Shown here piece by piece: positions 1-12,317 of a stretch of 64,000 nucleotides of DNA. The position numbers were made by a program, and so were the translations under genes. Position 1 is the first letter of the stretch. Every line of letters begins with the position of its first letter. This DNA is from Octopus vulgaris. Its lineage: Eukaryota. The stretch spans positions 35,898,001-35,962,000 of the forward strand of contig OX597827.1 in assembly GCA_951406725.2 (NCBI GenBank), written 5' to 3'. The notes under the pieces are model-generated. The model was not told the origin of the DNA, made no database searches, and saw only the letters and a list, made by a program, of their open reading frames with translations.

Positions 1-636
1 TAATTCCCAGTTGAAACCATTTCATCTCACCTTCTTATATGTTGCTAATGTCTTTGGCAAAAAGCATGAACATCACAGAATCCCTTTCTTTTCTTTTATA
101 AATTTAGGAACTTGGGCCTAGTCAAAAAGTCGAATAACTAAAAGAAACTAATAGTCCATCTAACTCTGAATCTATAAAAACTGAGTTCCTTGATATCAAC
201 CTCAACCAACTTGCATAATCAGTAACATTATACTCACTCGTTCCTTACTTTACCATTACAACTCTCTCCATATATTTCGTAGACTGGTACGCTGGTAAAA
301 TGCCTTCATCGTTTTGTATACAGACATCAAAATAAAATATATTTAAGCTAATTGTGTTCTTGAAAATTTTCAACCTGATCCCTCCAACACACTCATATGC
401 ATACGTATAAATATGTGTATCTGTATGTCCACTTCAATTTATGTCTTTACATATATGTGTGTGTGTGTATATATATATATAATATACACACTCTTGTTTA
501 TTTAACAATGTCAGAGGCTTTTACTTTAAAATTGACATTTCTTGTTAAAAACAACTTCGACAGGAGGGAAAATATATTTGTTCTTGTCATATATTGTTTG
601 CCTATTCATGAATGCATATGAATGGGTATATATATA

Positions 637-904
637 TATGAGGGAGTGCTGAAAAGTTCCTAGCTTTGGGTAAAAGAAAATATAAGATTAAATAATTATG
701 ATTTTGTTCAACATATTCCCATCTCAGAGTAACAAATTCATTGCAGCGGTCCTTTAGTTTTCTTAAGCCCTGTAAAAGAACTTGTAATGTTGGGCCTCCA
801 GCCAAGCCTTTCATAATAAATAATAGTGAAATTATTGTATACAGTGCTCAGATGCACCACAACATGATACCTTTAAGCCAGGAATTTTTCAGCACCCCTC
901 ATAT
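637..904 (-). mobile_element. Non-autonomous mariner-derived MITE
   Basis: Inverted termini TATGAGGGAGTGCTGAAAAGTTCC / GGAATTTTTCAGCACCCCTCATA within TA runs. The minus strand encodes a mariner-like C-terminus (QGLRKLKDRCNEFVTLRWEYVEQ). Confidence 0.8.
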
Positions 905-924
905 ATATATATATATCTTTTTCT

Positions 925-1280
925 TATTTCAGTCATTAGACTACAGCCATGCTGGCACACCACCTTTGAAGAGTTTTTAGTTTGAATGAATCAACTCCAG
1001 TACATTTTTTAAAGCCTGGTGCTTACTCTATCAGTCTCTTTTACCAAACTGCTAAGTTATGGGGATGTAAACAACTAACACCAGTTGTGAAGCAGTGATG
1101 GGGGACAAACGTGTATATGAGTGTGTGTATGTATATATATATATGATAGGCTTCTTTCAGTTTCCATCTACCAAATTCACCCACAAGGCTTTGGTCAGCC
1201 CAAGACTATAGTAGAAGACACCCAAGGTGCTACGCAGTGGGACTGATCCCAGAAGCAAGCTTCTTACCACATAGCCTGTC
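925..1280 (-). mobile_element. tRNA-derived SINE family A (other copies near 15735-15890, 28375-28695, 52900-53220)
   Basis: Recurrent block CAAGGCTTTGGTC-GCCC-AG-CTATAGTAGAAGACAC with a tRNA-like head and an internal (TG/TA)n tract. It occurs many times in both orientations. Confidence 0.75.
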
Positions 1281-1283
1281 CCT

Positions 1284-2485
1284 TATGGTCATCCCATAAG
1301 TTCTGTCCGATTTTACCTTTTTTAAAATTGAATGAAATTTAATAGTATTTTAGAATGTTTAATGGAATTAAAAATTATTTTTATGCATTTGTATACATTA
1401 AAACTAATTAAATATTATTTTACAGAATTAAAGAATTAAAATTTCTTTGATAAAAACCCTTTCTAACATGGAAGTATCCAAAGAGCATTTAGGCACATAA
1501 TGCTTTATGAGTACAAAAAAAGAAAACTCTGCAGCCGAAGCAACTCGAAACATACACTCAGTTTATGGGAAAGAATATTTGAATGAAAGAACTTGCAGAA
1601 GATGGTTTGCAAAATTCAGAAGTGGAGATTTCAGCCTTGAAGATGACAATCAAACAGGACGTCCAATTGAGTTTGATAAGCTCCTTGAGGCATTACTTGA
1701 AGAAAATCCTACATTATCAGTTGAAGAATTGGCAATAAAGCTTAGTTCAAACCATACAACTATTCATCGTCATCTTCAACAACTTGGAAAAGTTCCTAAA
1801 CATGGAAAATGAGTGCTTCATGAATTGTCCGAATGCAACCGTAAATCCCGAGTTGACCTCTTCTCTCCATTCTCGCGAACTTATTTCACCCTTTGTGGAT
1901 AGACTTGTAACTGGTGACAAAAAATGGATCTTCTATTGAAATGTTAAACGTTGTAAACCGTGGCTTAGTAAAATGGAAAAAGCTCAACCACAACCGAGAT
2001 GGGAAAAAGGTTCCTCTCTCTATCTGGTGGGATTGCAAAAGATAATTCACTTTGAATTGTTACCACCTAATGCAACAATCTATGCTCAAGTCTACTGTTA
2101 GCAATTAGAGCGTTGTTTGAACCAAGCTTTGAAGAGAAAAAAAAAGACCTGCTTTAGCGAATTGAAAATGAGTGATGTTTCATCAGGACAATGTGCAACT
2201 CCACACTGCAAAGATCGAAGAGCTTGGTTGGGAAAAAATTCCTCATCCACCTTATTCTTCAGACTTGGGGGACAACTTCCGCAAGCCAGGAGGAGGTCAA
2301 AACTGACATTTCAGAGTTCTTCGCTTTGAAACCAAAAGTTTTACATTGATGGGATTAAAAAGCTTGTAAATTGATTGAAGGAAGTCATAGATAATCAGGG
2401 AAAGCACATTGATGATTAAATATAACATTTGATCAGTTGTTTTCTTTATTCAAAATTTGGACAGAACTTATGGGATGACCTGATA
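1284..2485 (+). mobile_element. Full-length but decayed mariner DNA transposon
   Basis: Perfect 22-bp TIR core GGTCATCCCATAAGTTCTGTCC (1287-1308) / GGACAGAACTTATGGGATGACC (2459-2480), TA flanks, about 1.2 kb long. Confidence 0.92.
1468..2419 (+). pseudogene. Mariner transposase pseudogene
   Basis: HTH region (ERTCRRWFAKFRSGDFSLED). WVPHEL is mutated to stop-VLHEL at 1810. TGDKKWI, HQDN and HPPYSSDL motifs are spread across frameshifts and stops. Confidence 0.92.
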
Positions 2486-2491
2486 TATAAA

Positions 2492-2759
2492 ATTCTTTAT
2501 TTAAAATCACAATTGTTTCCACACATTGATACACATGTAGTGCATTGGTGACATTAATATTGTGTAATCACTATCGTTCATCAAAGTTGTAAGATGTGTT
2601 TATTCAGGTGATTATTTTTAAATAATCACCTGAAGAAAAACATCTTACACTTTTGATGGATGATTACTAATTACAAAATATGTTAATTATATCATCTCAC
2701 CTATGTACTGCAGGTGTAACAATGGGTTGAAACAATTTTAGTGATTTTAAATAAAGAAT
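2492..2759. mobile_element. Fold-back palindromic MITE-like element
   Basis: Imperfect arms of about 130 bp, centred on TTCAGGTGATTATTT / AAATAATCACCTGAA. The ends are ATTCTTTATTTAAAATCAC / GTGATTTTAAATAAAGAAT. Confidence 0.75.
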
Positions 2760-4184
2760 GTCATTCAATCTATTTTCTATTATTTATCTATTTATTCTTT
2801 TACTCATTTCAGTCATTTGACTGTGGCCATGCTTACAAATCCACTTACAAGACTATAGTCAGTCTGGTGCCTACAAATGCATCATTTACATTAAATAACA
2901 GAGGTAACAATTTAAAAGTAGTTTGCTTATTCACAGTCACATATACATATAGGGGTTCATCAACACTTTTTGTTGGAATTTAATAATAGGCTCTTCTACA
3001 CCCAAGGATTTGAGCCCTGAGAGAAATGTACATGTAATTTAACTATTATTTGTACTATAACAATTTAATATTGGATTTGGAAATGTATGAATATTTGCAG
3101 GAGGAACAGTATCCTGTTTCATAAGGTAATCACTGCCTAGACATCATATATGTTACTAGTTACAGCATGCTGAAGTTGTATTATTGAAAGACATAGCGTT
3201 TAATTCCTGTACATTTTATCTTTGAATCAGGAAATGTATGAGTTATAACATTTGACAGGCTTTGTAGGACTAGTGGGAGAAAGAGGTAAGAAGATAACTT
3301 TAAACTGGAAACCTGGCTCAAATGCTTGCTACAAAGTAGACTCTACCTGAGAAACTAAAGGTGTCAGGTGGTGATGAGAAATTGGGTGACAGTTGAAGTC
3401 TGCTACCCAAGTAGGCTATGGCACAATTTGAACTCAAGATGCAAAGAGCCACAACAAATACCTCAAGGCATCTAGTCTGAAGTGCTTACAGTTCAGCTAA
3501 TCCACAGTGCTGGACTGGTACTTATTATCAACCTTAAAAAAGATGAAAGGCAAAGTTTGATTTCAGCAGGATTTGAACACTGAGTGCAGAGTCAAAACAA
3601 ATATCGCAAAGCATCTTATCTGACACTGGAACGATTCGGCCAATTCGCCTAATTAACAGAAAGATATTAAGAAAACGACGTTGATGAGTTGACGTGAGAC
3701 ATCGTTAGTGTTATAGGTTATTAAAATATAACCAGCTTAAACAGATGAATCCCAAACAGTATCATTAACATTTTTGTTATCAGCCTGTCTCTAGTGCTAT
3801 GATTACAAAGGGAAAGATAAGTCATAGATACACTATCGAGGGGGGGGGGGGCGTTAGCGGAATGTCATTGATGTGTTCACTAAGGGCTGACCCGAAGTAA
3901 AAACAACCCTTTTGAAAGTACGTGACATATGCAAAAAATAATCTGTAACATGTAGGACCAATTACCTATAAAGCAGACCTCCCTCTCTCAAACTATCTGT
4001 TAATCTAGAGAAAGAAATGACTGAGTAAAGGGGTTCTGAACAAGGAACGGAAAGCATAGTTATCGCCTTTCTAAGTGTAAATACATCAAGGGAAATAACT
4101 GTAAATAAGTAAAGCGCACACAAGTTATTCCCCTTATTTGTGTTATCAAAGGCAAAAGGTATTTGTGGTAATTTTCGCCACGAA

Positions 4185-4700
4185 ACTTACCCGCCACTCT
4201 TTTATTCAAAAATTATCTGATTTAAGCCACTAAAGGTTTTTCAAAAACATAAACATCACACTAGCTAATATCTACTTTGGCTTTATTTCTTGTTAAAAAA
4301 ACGTGTTAAAATTTTCGTCACACAACTGCGATCTGATGACAACAGTTGCAGTCGTCTTGTGTCGGCGATCAAGTCGCTGACTGCAAATAAAAAGGTTAGT
4401 GGCTTGCTCCCATTTCAACTTACATGATCTCAGCAGCTGAAGTTGCAGCTCCAACCTCATCAGTAACAACGACAAATGATCAAAAATAAAATGTAGTGGT
4501 GATGGTTGTAATGCAATTGATCAACTGTCTGCTCAATCATAACTCAACAATAACAACGAAGTTCAGGCTTCAGTATTTTTATTGATTCCTTTAAATAGAT
4601 GACCAGTTCTATGTAAAAAAAGTCACGTGTGACACTTTAAAAAAAAAATCTGATTAGTGTTTCTGTAATTCAAATTAAAAACGTGATATCATGTTGTAAC
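4185..4700 (-). promoter_or_regulatory. Putative promoter and first non-coding exon of a gene extending left out of the window
   Basis: Minus-strand donor GG|GTAAGT at 4191/4190 inside a CpG-retaining zone, the same layout seen upstream of the ZNF genes. Confidence 0.4.
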
Positions 4701-4739
4701 AATATCATACAGTGTTAGTTTGATTTGAATGACTCAGTA

Positions 4740-4804
<65 letters not shown>

Positions 4805-5074
4805 CATCCAGCCGTAGAAACACTGCCAGATCTGACTGGGCCTGATGAAGCCTTCCAGCTTCACAGACCCCAGTTGAACCGTCCAACCCATGCTAGCATG
4901 GAGAACGGACGCTAAATGATGATGATGATGATGACACACACACACACACTTAGTTTGATTTGAATGGCTCAGTATATCTATGTAGACAGACAGATCGAGT
5001 GACAGGTATATGGGGACATGGTGTGACAAACGGAGATGAAGTGAAGTAAGAAAAAAAACATCAGGGAACTGGTA

Positions 5075-5365
5075 TATCACTGATAAACTGATGAAGTCAT
5101 TGATGTGAAGTGGAGTTATAAACAATATGATAGGGTTATGATGAAGTGATACTGATTAGGAGTGGTGATGTAATCAAACCAATGTAGACTGATGTGGAGG
5201 GGTAATATAGTGAGACCAACGTGAAGTGGTGATATAGTCACACTGATGTGGAGTGGTGTTGCAGTCACACTGGAATGATATTTTAGTAACACTAACAGGA
5301 AGTGTTACACTCAGTCTGCTGTGAAGTGAAGTCAGAGATATCAATATGGAGTGGGGTCTCAGTCA
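5075..5365. repeat. Degenerate minisatellite (ACTGATGTGGAGTGGTGATATAGTCA-like units)
   Basis: Several diverged tandem copies of CACTGATGTG(G/A)AGTGG. Confidence 0.6.
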
Positions 5366-6010
5366 AAACAATCAACATATAAATCTCATAGAAGATTCCT
5401 AAACAAAATCATTTCAAATGAAGATGTCTTTCATAAAAAAAAAAATTAAGTATGCAATAACATGTTGCAATACTCAATAACTTGTGTATTTCATAACTTG
5501 CTGTTGTGGTATCAAATAACATTTGATGTTCACAAGTCTGGTGTGTAGTCCCCATGTTATTAATTCTAAGTGTTTGAAACCATGATGTCTTAGGCACATA
5601 GTAAAGTGTGCCAACAGAGGCGTGAAGTAAACATGGAACAGTCCTTTCCATGGGTTTCTACAATTTCCATCTGCTAAATTTTACTCAGAAGGCTTTGGCT
5701 GACCTTTAATTATTGTGGGAGACACCTGTTCACAGTGCCAAGCAGTGGGATTGAACCCAAAGCCACATAGTTGTGAAGCAAGTTTCTTCAACACACAACT
5801 ATGCTTGTTAGTCAAAATAGCTGAACAAATGCATTTCAAAGTCATTAACATGACCCTGGTTATTAAATACATAAGATATATGCAGTTAAAAAATTACTAT
5901 GTAATGTTTACCTTAGTTTTTGTTTATCTCTTGACTATTAAGTGTTAATGTTTACATTGGATACATAGAAATATATTTATTATATCATATATGTATATAT
6001 AATTTGTTTC

Positions 6011-8217
6011 TTATTTGTGTGTTTTTTTGTGTTTCTTCAATGTACTGCTTCGTGCAAAGGATTTTATACAAATATCGCAAGGGAATGGTTTCTCCCCTGT
6101 GTGCATTCGATGATGTTCCTGCATCTGGCTAGAACGTGCAAAACACTTCCCACAGTCACTGCATCTGAAAGGCTTCACACCAGAGTGTGTCTTGGTGTGC
6201 TCCAGCATCTGGCTGCTCCGACTAAACTTCTTTCCACATGTGTTACAGCTGAACGGTTTCTCCCCAGTATGTGTCCTGATATGGCGTTTCATGTCATAGT
6301 TTCGGGCAAAGAAATTACCACAAATATAACACTGAAATGGTTTCTCTCCTGAGTGTATTCGGTTGTGTTCTTGAAGTTTACAGCTGCGTGAGAAACCTTT
6401 GCCACATGTATCACATTTAAACGATTTCTCACTGGTATGTGTCTTCATATGTTCACGCAATTGGCACCTTCGGCCAAATTTTTTCTCACAGACATCACAG
6501 CTAAATGGCTTTTCCCCAGAATGTATTTTCAAATGTCTTTTCAACTGAACGCTTTGGTGGAATAGCTTTCCACATACATCACAAGGAAATGGTCTTTCTT
6601 CACTGTGTAATTGGCTGTGCTTCTTCAATTCATTGCTTTCAATATAAGAGCTACGAATCTCACAGCTGAATAGCTTCTCAGCCATTTCCACACCCTGATA
6701 TGCTGGCATTTGGTTAGTTTGAACAAAAGACTTTCCACACATATCACAGTCAAATGATTTCTCTCCAATATGGATTGTTGTTAGATGTTTCTCCAGCAAA
6801 TCATTCTCTTGGAAGGACTTATCACATACCTCACATGGGAATAATTTCTGTCTACAATCTTTTAATTTATTGTCTATAGCTAAAGGTTCCCTGTGTTCTT
6901 CCTCCTCACAGGTAGTCAGTTTCTCATCCATGTGACTTTTAATGTGTTCTTGCAAAATATTATCCTGATTGAAGTTCTCATTACAAACTGAACATTGAAA
7001 CAGCACTTCCTCAGTATGCATTCGTAAGTGTTCATTCAATTTGCTACTCTGAGTAAAAGATCGTCCACAAATTTCACAGCTGAATGGTTTTTCACCCGTG
7101 TGTACCCATATATGCTCACGAATCTGAGTACTTCGACTGAATCGCTTACCACAGATCTCACAACCAAACGGTTTTTCCCCAGTATGAATCCTTGTGTGCC
7201 TTTTCCTGTCATAACTGCGGGCAAAGTGCTTTCCACAGACATTACAAGGGAACGGTTTTTCACCAGTGTGTGTTCTTGTATGTTCTTGTAGTTTACTGCC
7301 TTTTGCAAAATATTTCCCACACATTTTACACTCCAATAGTTTCTCGCTAAGATGAGTTTTCAAATGCTCCTGTAATTGTGAGTTTTCCTGAAATGATGTC
7401 CAACAAACATTACAGTTTAATTGTTTATTTTCAGAGTGTATTTGAGTGTGTCTAATTTTTTCATCATTTCTCAGAAATTGCTTTCCGCAAACATCACACT
7501 GAAAAGGTTTCTCAGCTAAATGAATATGTTGATGTTTATTTAAGGAGCTTTTGCATGAGAAAGATTTCTCACAGATTTTACAAGAAAATAATTTTGTACT
7601 TGAATGAGTATTCTGGTGTTGTTGCAATTGGCTATTGCGGGAAAAACATTTTCCACAGGTTTCACATTTAAATGGCTTTTCACCTGTGTGTGTTAGCATG
7701 TGTTCCCGAATCTGGCTACTACGACCGAAATGTCTCCCACAAATATGACAACTAAACGGTTTTTCACCACTATGGATTTTTGTGTGTCGTTTCATATCAT
7801 AATTCCTGGCAAAATGCATGCCACACACATCGCACTGGAATGGTTTTTCCCCAGTGTGAATTCTGTTGTGTTCCAATAATTTGTTGTTTTGAGCAAAAGA
7901 TTTCCCACAAATTTCACAAACAAATGACTTCTTGGTCACATGAATTTTAAGATGTTCTTGTAAATTAAGAAAATACTTGCCACAAATTTCACAAAGTGGC
8001 ATTTTTTCCTCATTGTTGTTGGTGTTTGTTAGTCTTTCCTGGATATCCCTAATTTGTGTGAAATCACCACCAACGTTGTTATTTTCAATGGTTTGAATAT
8101 TACAAATATCACTGTTGCAGTTGTTGTTGTTGTTTGTGGTGGTGGTAGTGGTGGTGGCAGTAGGATTGTTAATATTGTTGTCATTGAGTTCTTGAGGGTA
8201 AAAATCTTTGGGAGGTT
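6011..8217 (-). CDS. C2H2 zinc-finger protein ZNF-1, main exon (about 21 intact and 3 degenerate fingers)
   Basis: Uninterrupted ORF with CxxC...HxxxH repeats and HTGEKPF linkers. Acceptor TTTCTGTCACAG before 8217. AATAAA at 5976-5981 on the minus strand. The first ~56 aa of the ORF track entry are probably intronic. Confidence 0.95.
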
Positions 8218-8710
8218 CTGTGACAGAAATCACAGATGTATAAGCAGTTAAAATATCCGCGAGATCCATACTTACAGTCATATTTACAATTAACAACAAC
8301 TGTACATTTGAACTGTTACACTCCAATAAACTGAATTCTTTGAAAAATACAAAATTAATAATAAACACAAGTAAAACAAATTTCAAAACTATATTTTTGA
8401 GTAGTGGCGGTCATATCCATAAATAAGTGATTAGCTTCATGTTGAACATATTATCGTTAAGTTACACTTGTTTGCTGTATTCTAGCAGATGTAGGATTAG
8501 CCCTAATGACTCCAAACAGGAAAGAATTTGAATTTGTGGTGTTCATACCTTAGAGCAAGGACATTAGTAATAAACAAAGTGAAATAGCATAATCAGGAAT
8601 TCATTCATGTCCCAGAATCAGTTAACCAAGAGCTGATCTCTACCTCTGCAACCTGCATTCCACTGGTCTTTTTGAGCATCAAATAATCGCAATCCATTTG
8701 CTAGATATAC

Positions 8711-8774
8711 CTGTAGCAGTGAACATTATTCTGGAAGGGATCAGCTCAGGGTCCATATTTGCATCCTGAAACAT
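8711..8774 (-). CDS. Putative upstream coding exon of ZNF-1 (MFQDANMDPELIPSRIMFTAT)
   Basis: ATG at 8774 and 64 nt to the donor CAG|GTATAT. The phase-1 join to 8217 is in frame (T-E-P-P-K). An acceptor TTGTAG lies near 8815. Confidence 0.5.
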
Positions 8775-9459
8775 CTGTGGCAGAGAATGAGTGTAAATCC
8801 ATTGGAATCAACACCTACAACATAAAAAACAAAACAAACATTAAAAACTGCCAGTCACATGGCATGCATGAGTTTTATGTGAACTTGTCCATTTCTTTTT
8901 TTATATATAAATCGCAATTAAAATAAACAGGGACACACAATTGATTCCATTGCTACAATATATAACAAATGCAGTACATTTGTTTGAATAATTAATTAGG
9001 AATTCAATACACAACAATTCTCAAGTCAAATATCTTACCATGGTTAACTTAAAATCAATTAAAAAATAAGTTAATTATTGAGGGGAGGAGGAGGTTTGAT
9101 TAAACTGACTACATCATAACATACCCCAAATTTGTGCTCATGAGACAATATTACAATTTGTTATTTTTATTTTAGTCTATAAGGCAGCAAGCTGTCATAA
9201 TCTTAAGTGGATCAGTAAAAATGTTTAGTGGCTTTTCTTCTGGCTCTTTATGGTCTGAGTTCAAATTTGCCTTTCATCCTTTCAGCATCAACAAAATAAG
9301 CACCAGTAGAGCACTGGAATAGATGTAATCAACTTCCCTGTCCACTCAAAATTGCTAGCCTTGTGTCAAAAATTGTTCAAATCCTGCTGAAGTCAACTTT
9401 ACCTTTCATCCTGAGGAGTTAATAAAATAAAAGACCAGTCAAAGACATCATCATCATCA

Positions 9460-9720
9460 TCCTCTGGACAATACTGTCTCAAGTCCTAGGTCTCATAGGG
9501 CCAGATATCAGGTTTTCGTAGCATATAAGTAATTGAGATCAGAACATTCTCCCCTTAAATGGGACACCAGTCTGTCAGAATCACTCATTCACAACTGAAA
9601 GCAGGTGGAGTGATATGAAATTAAGTATTTTGCTCAAGAACAGAATGCACTGCCTGGTCCAAGAATCAAAACCACAATCTGGCAATCATGATTGCAACAC
9701 CTAACCACTAGATCACACAT
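9460..9720 (-). mobile_element. tRNA-derived SINE family D (second copy about 58500-58730)
   Basis: The two copies share CTCTGGACA..., TGAAATTAA-T-TTTTGCTCAAGAACA and CTGCCTGGTCCA, with an (ATG)n tail. Confidence 0.6.
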
Positions 9721-10635
9721 CAAAAACAGGAATAAGTTTAAAATTTTAAACCCTTCCCCTCAAATTTCTCAGCTTAAGCCTATATTAGAAGTCATCATTA
9801 TTATTACAATGGCAGTTAAAGTGGCTAACCAGTATAGTCTAAATGCTTTCCATCATATACTTTTGTTTCTGTGTTTGGAGTCAAATCTAACAGTGCCATG
9901 ACTGTTATCTAAGGTCAATATAATAAAATACCAACATTATATTGAACCAATTCAATTGATCCTTACTTCTACCTAAGAAAGAAATCATTGTTATTGATTA
10001 GTTGTTTTCTTATTTAGCCCTCAGGTAGCTCTGGAGCTAAACAACAATGTGAGCATCCCATCCTTGGTATTTGGTCTGTATAACACTATGTTATCTCCTA
10101 TTCTTTCCATATTTAAGACAGTAGAGTGTAATTTGAGGGAGATTTAATAGTTATTTCGAGAAGGTCGAACAACCACATAGGGGATCTTTGAGACTGAAGC
10201 TAATATAGTTTTGAAGAAAATGTTTTGTGATATCTCAATCACTTCTCATACGTTTTTTGGTTAACTTCGTTTTTAATCTTTCAGACGAAAAAGTTATCCA
10301 GTTTAAAATGCTGTTGCTTTTTTTCCATCAAGTACAAAAATGAATTATAGTTGTTTTACCAATACAAATAACTGAGATTATTATTATTGTTGTTGTTGTG
10401 TGTAACCTTCAGTCATTCCCGATAAAGCAGGTCTATGGTCAAAAGCATTTCTAGACATGGCCATTTGTTTGTATATCAGGAGCAACGTTGCCCCGCGTCT
10501 CTTCATTTTTTTACAACCATGGTGTGATCAAGGGAATATTTACCAACTATTTCTTATCGGTCGAGCATAACCACGTAGCGGTTCCCTCGCTGTCTCGAAA
10601 TTATTGTTATTTCATGTCAATGTATTAAAATCCTG

Positions 10636-11036
10636 GGATCTTTTCGGTTTGAACGGCAGTTTTTAAAAATAATTTCTACGTAACTAAACACTTTTAAATT
10701 TCGTATACTGGTAGAATGTGTTTATAAAACATCTTTTTCTCTTGGCTTTATTGAGAAAATTCTATGGTTTGTAAGATATTTGTTGCTTTTTTTTCTGCAA
10801 TTTCAACCAATCAATGACGTCTATTGAGCTGAAAACATTCTGTGCCGTATGAAAATGTCCCTCGTTTAAGAAACAGATTAGGTTTATTTACATTTCTGAA
10901 GAAAAAAAGATACCCTTCCCCCACCCCTAACCCTAAATTAGATTGAAATGCAATAGATCGATACTAGGGTCATAATTATGGGTGACAATTTCATATGACA
11001 CCGCTAGAAAAACTGCCGTTCAAACCGAAAAGATCC
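10636..11036. mobile_element. Young 401-bp MITE, Merlin-like (GG termini, 8-bp TSD)
   Basis: Perfect TIR GGATCTTTTCGGTTTGAACGGCAGTTTT at both ends. Perfect TSD AAATCCTG at 10628-10635 and 11037-11044. Confidence 0.9.
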
Positions 11037-11474
11037 AAATCCTGTTTATATTAATTCTGATTTTCACTCTTCTAAGTAGATGAATTAAGAAGAACTAGTA
11101 GTATACTGAGGTTGACTAAATCACTACACACCTCTTCCAAGAAAACTGGCATTGTGCCTCTAAAAGAAATCTTCATTTCTTATTTCAAGCAGAACAGCGT
11201 GACAAAAATGGCAAAACGTTCAATACCTTTCTGTGGGTCAATGAAATACGTATTACCAATAGTGTGTGTAATACATCAATGGCCTGCATTAAGAGTGGAA
11301 TAAATAAAACCCTAGTTTATTCCATTCAGCAAGAAATCGTGTTTTTAATTCCAACACGGCGTTTACTTTTCATCTTCTATTCATTTGTATCTTTTCCGTT
11401 AGCATTCAATATACATAAGATATTGGAATAAACAGGCATAACAAACATATCTTAAATGAGAATTTTGACAATCA

Positions 11475-12317
11475 AACTTACGTTGCCTTCAAAGAATTTT
11501 GAATACACAGAAGGAGTTCTTTCTCCATCTTTTATCTTGACATGTTTCGAGCATAGTTTTAACAATAATTAACTCGTATCCATATTTAACTCGTTAACCA
11601 TATTTTCTCGTTAACCATATTAACTCGTATCCATAATTAACTCGTTAACCATATTTTCTTCCACAGAATACGCAATACAATAAATAACTTGGCGGTGAAT
11701 TACGGTGTTTGTTCTGTCTTGAAAAGTAGTAAGGAATATATCGCATCATATAAGTATTTTAAATCTTAAGGCAATTGTACAATTATTCGAATCATGATAA
11801 AAATATATTCAAATTAGACTAGATTTAGTCCATATATTTTTATTCTTAAGAATTCTCATTTTTCATTATGCATACACCGCTCATATTAAAACTGGAACTG
11901 AAACTTCTAAACTACTGTCTAGGTGCCGGAAGACCTAATCAGGATCAATTCAAATTAAACCATTTAATCATTACTTAAAATGTTTAGTTATATACACATC
12001 TAACCGAGAGCACTTTAAGAAAGTACGCTTTCGAGTAAAATGGAAATAAATTTGAAAAGAACATTTTAGAAAAAAACACCGCTACCGGTTCAAAGATTAG
12101 TTACACAGTTTATTATGTCTTTTGATATTTGAAAAAGACAAGAGACACTGCTTTGTTATTGATGAAAGTATTTCTTATTTTCTTTTACTTTATACAATCC
12201 GTGCCATTGTCTGCAACAAAGAAGATCGATCTTCATTGTAGATGCAATTCGTTTAAGTTAAATAATAAAAAAAAATACTCCCACTGAACTAGATAACTAT
12301 CGAGAATTAAGGTGAGT
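11475..12317. promoter_or_regulatory. Putative bidirectional promoter with divergent first exons of ZNF-1 and ZNF-2
   Basis: Minus-strand donor AAC|GTAAGT near 11481 and plus-strand donor AAG|GTGAGT at 12311/12312. The region retains CpG, lacks obvious SINEs, and lies between head-to-head genes. Confidence 0.55.
11569..11657. repeat. Five tandem 14-21 bp units with core CTCGT(T)A(A/T)CCATA
   Basis: Read directly: TTAACTCGTATCCATAT alternating with TTAACTCGTTAACCATATTTT. Confidence 0.85.

Noticed and set aside
90-330. Possible Penelope RT fragment (EFLDINLN) and terminal motif
   Set aside because: Too short and decayed to support without a search.
5075-5365. Possible CRISPR-like repeat-spacer pattern (also 11569-11657 and 33100-34230)
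   Set aside because: The units are degenerate with no unique equal-length spacers or cas genes, and the context is eukaryotic.
6017-7320. Antisense and alternate-frame ORFs over ZNF-1 (and similar ones over ZNF-2 to ZNF-5)
   Set aside because: Shadow ORFs of repetitive finger codons with no independent motifs.
8218-8275. 58-nt mini-intron GTAAGT...CACAG inside the ZNF-1 ORF
   Set aside because: Splicing it puts the local ATG out of frame and creates TAA in the finger frame. Only its acceptor is used in my model.
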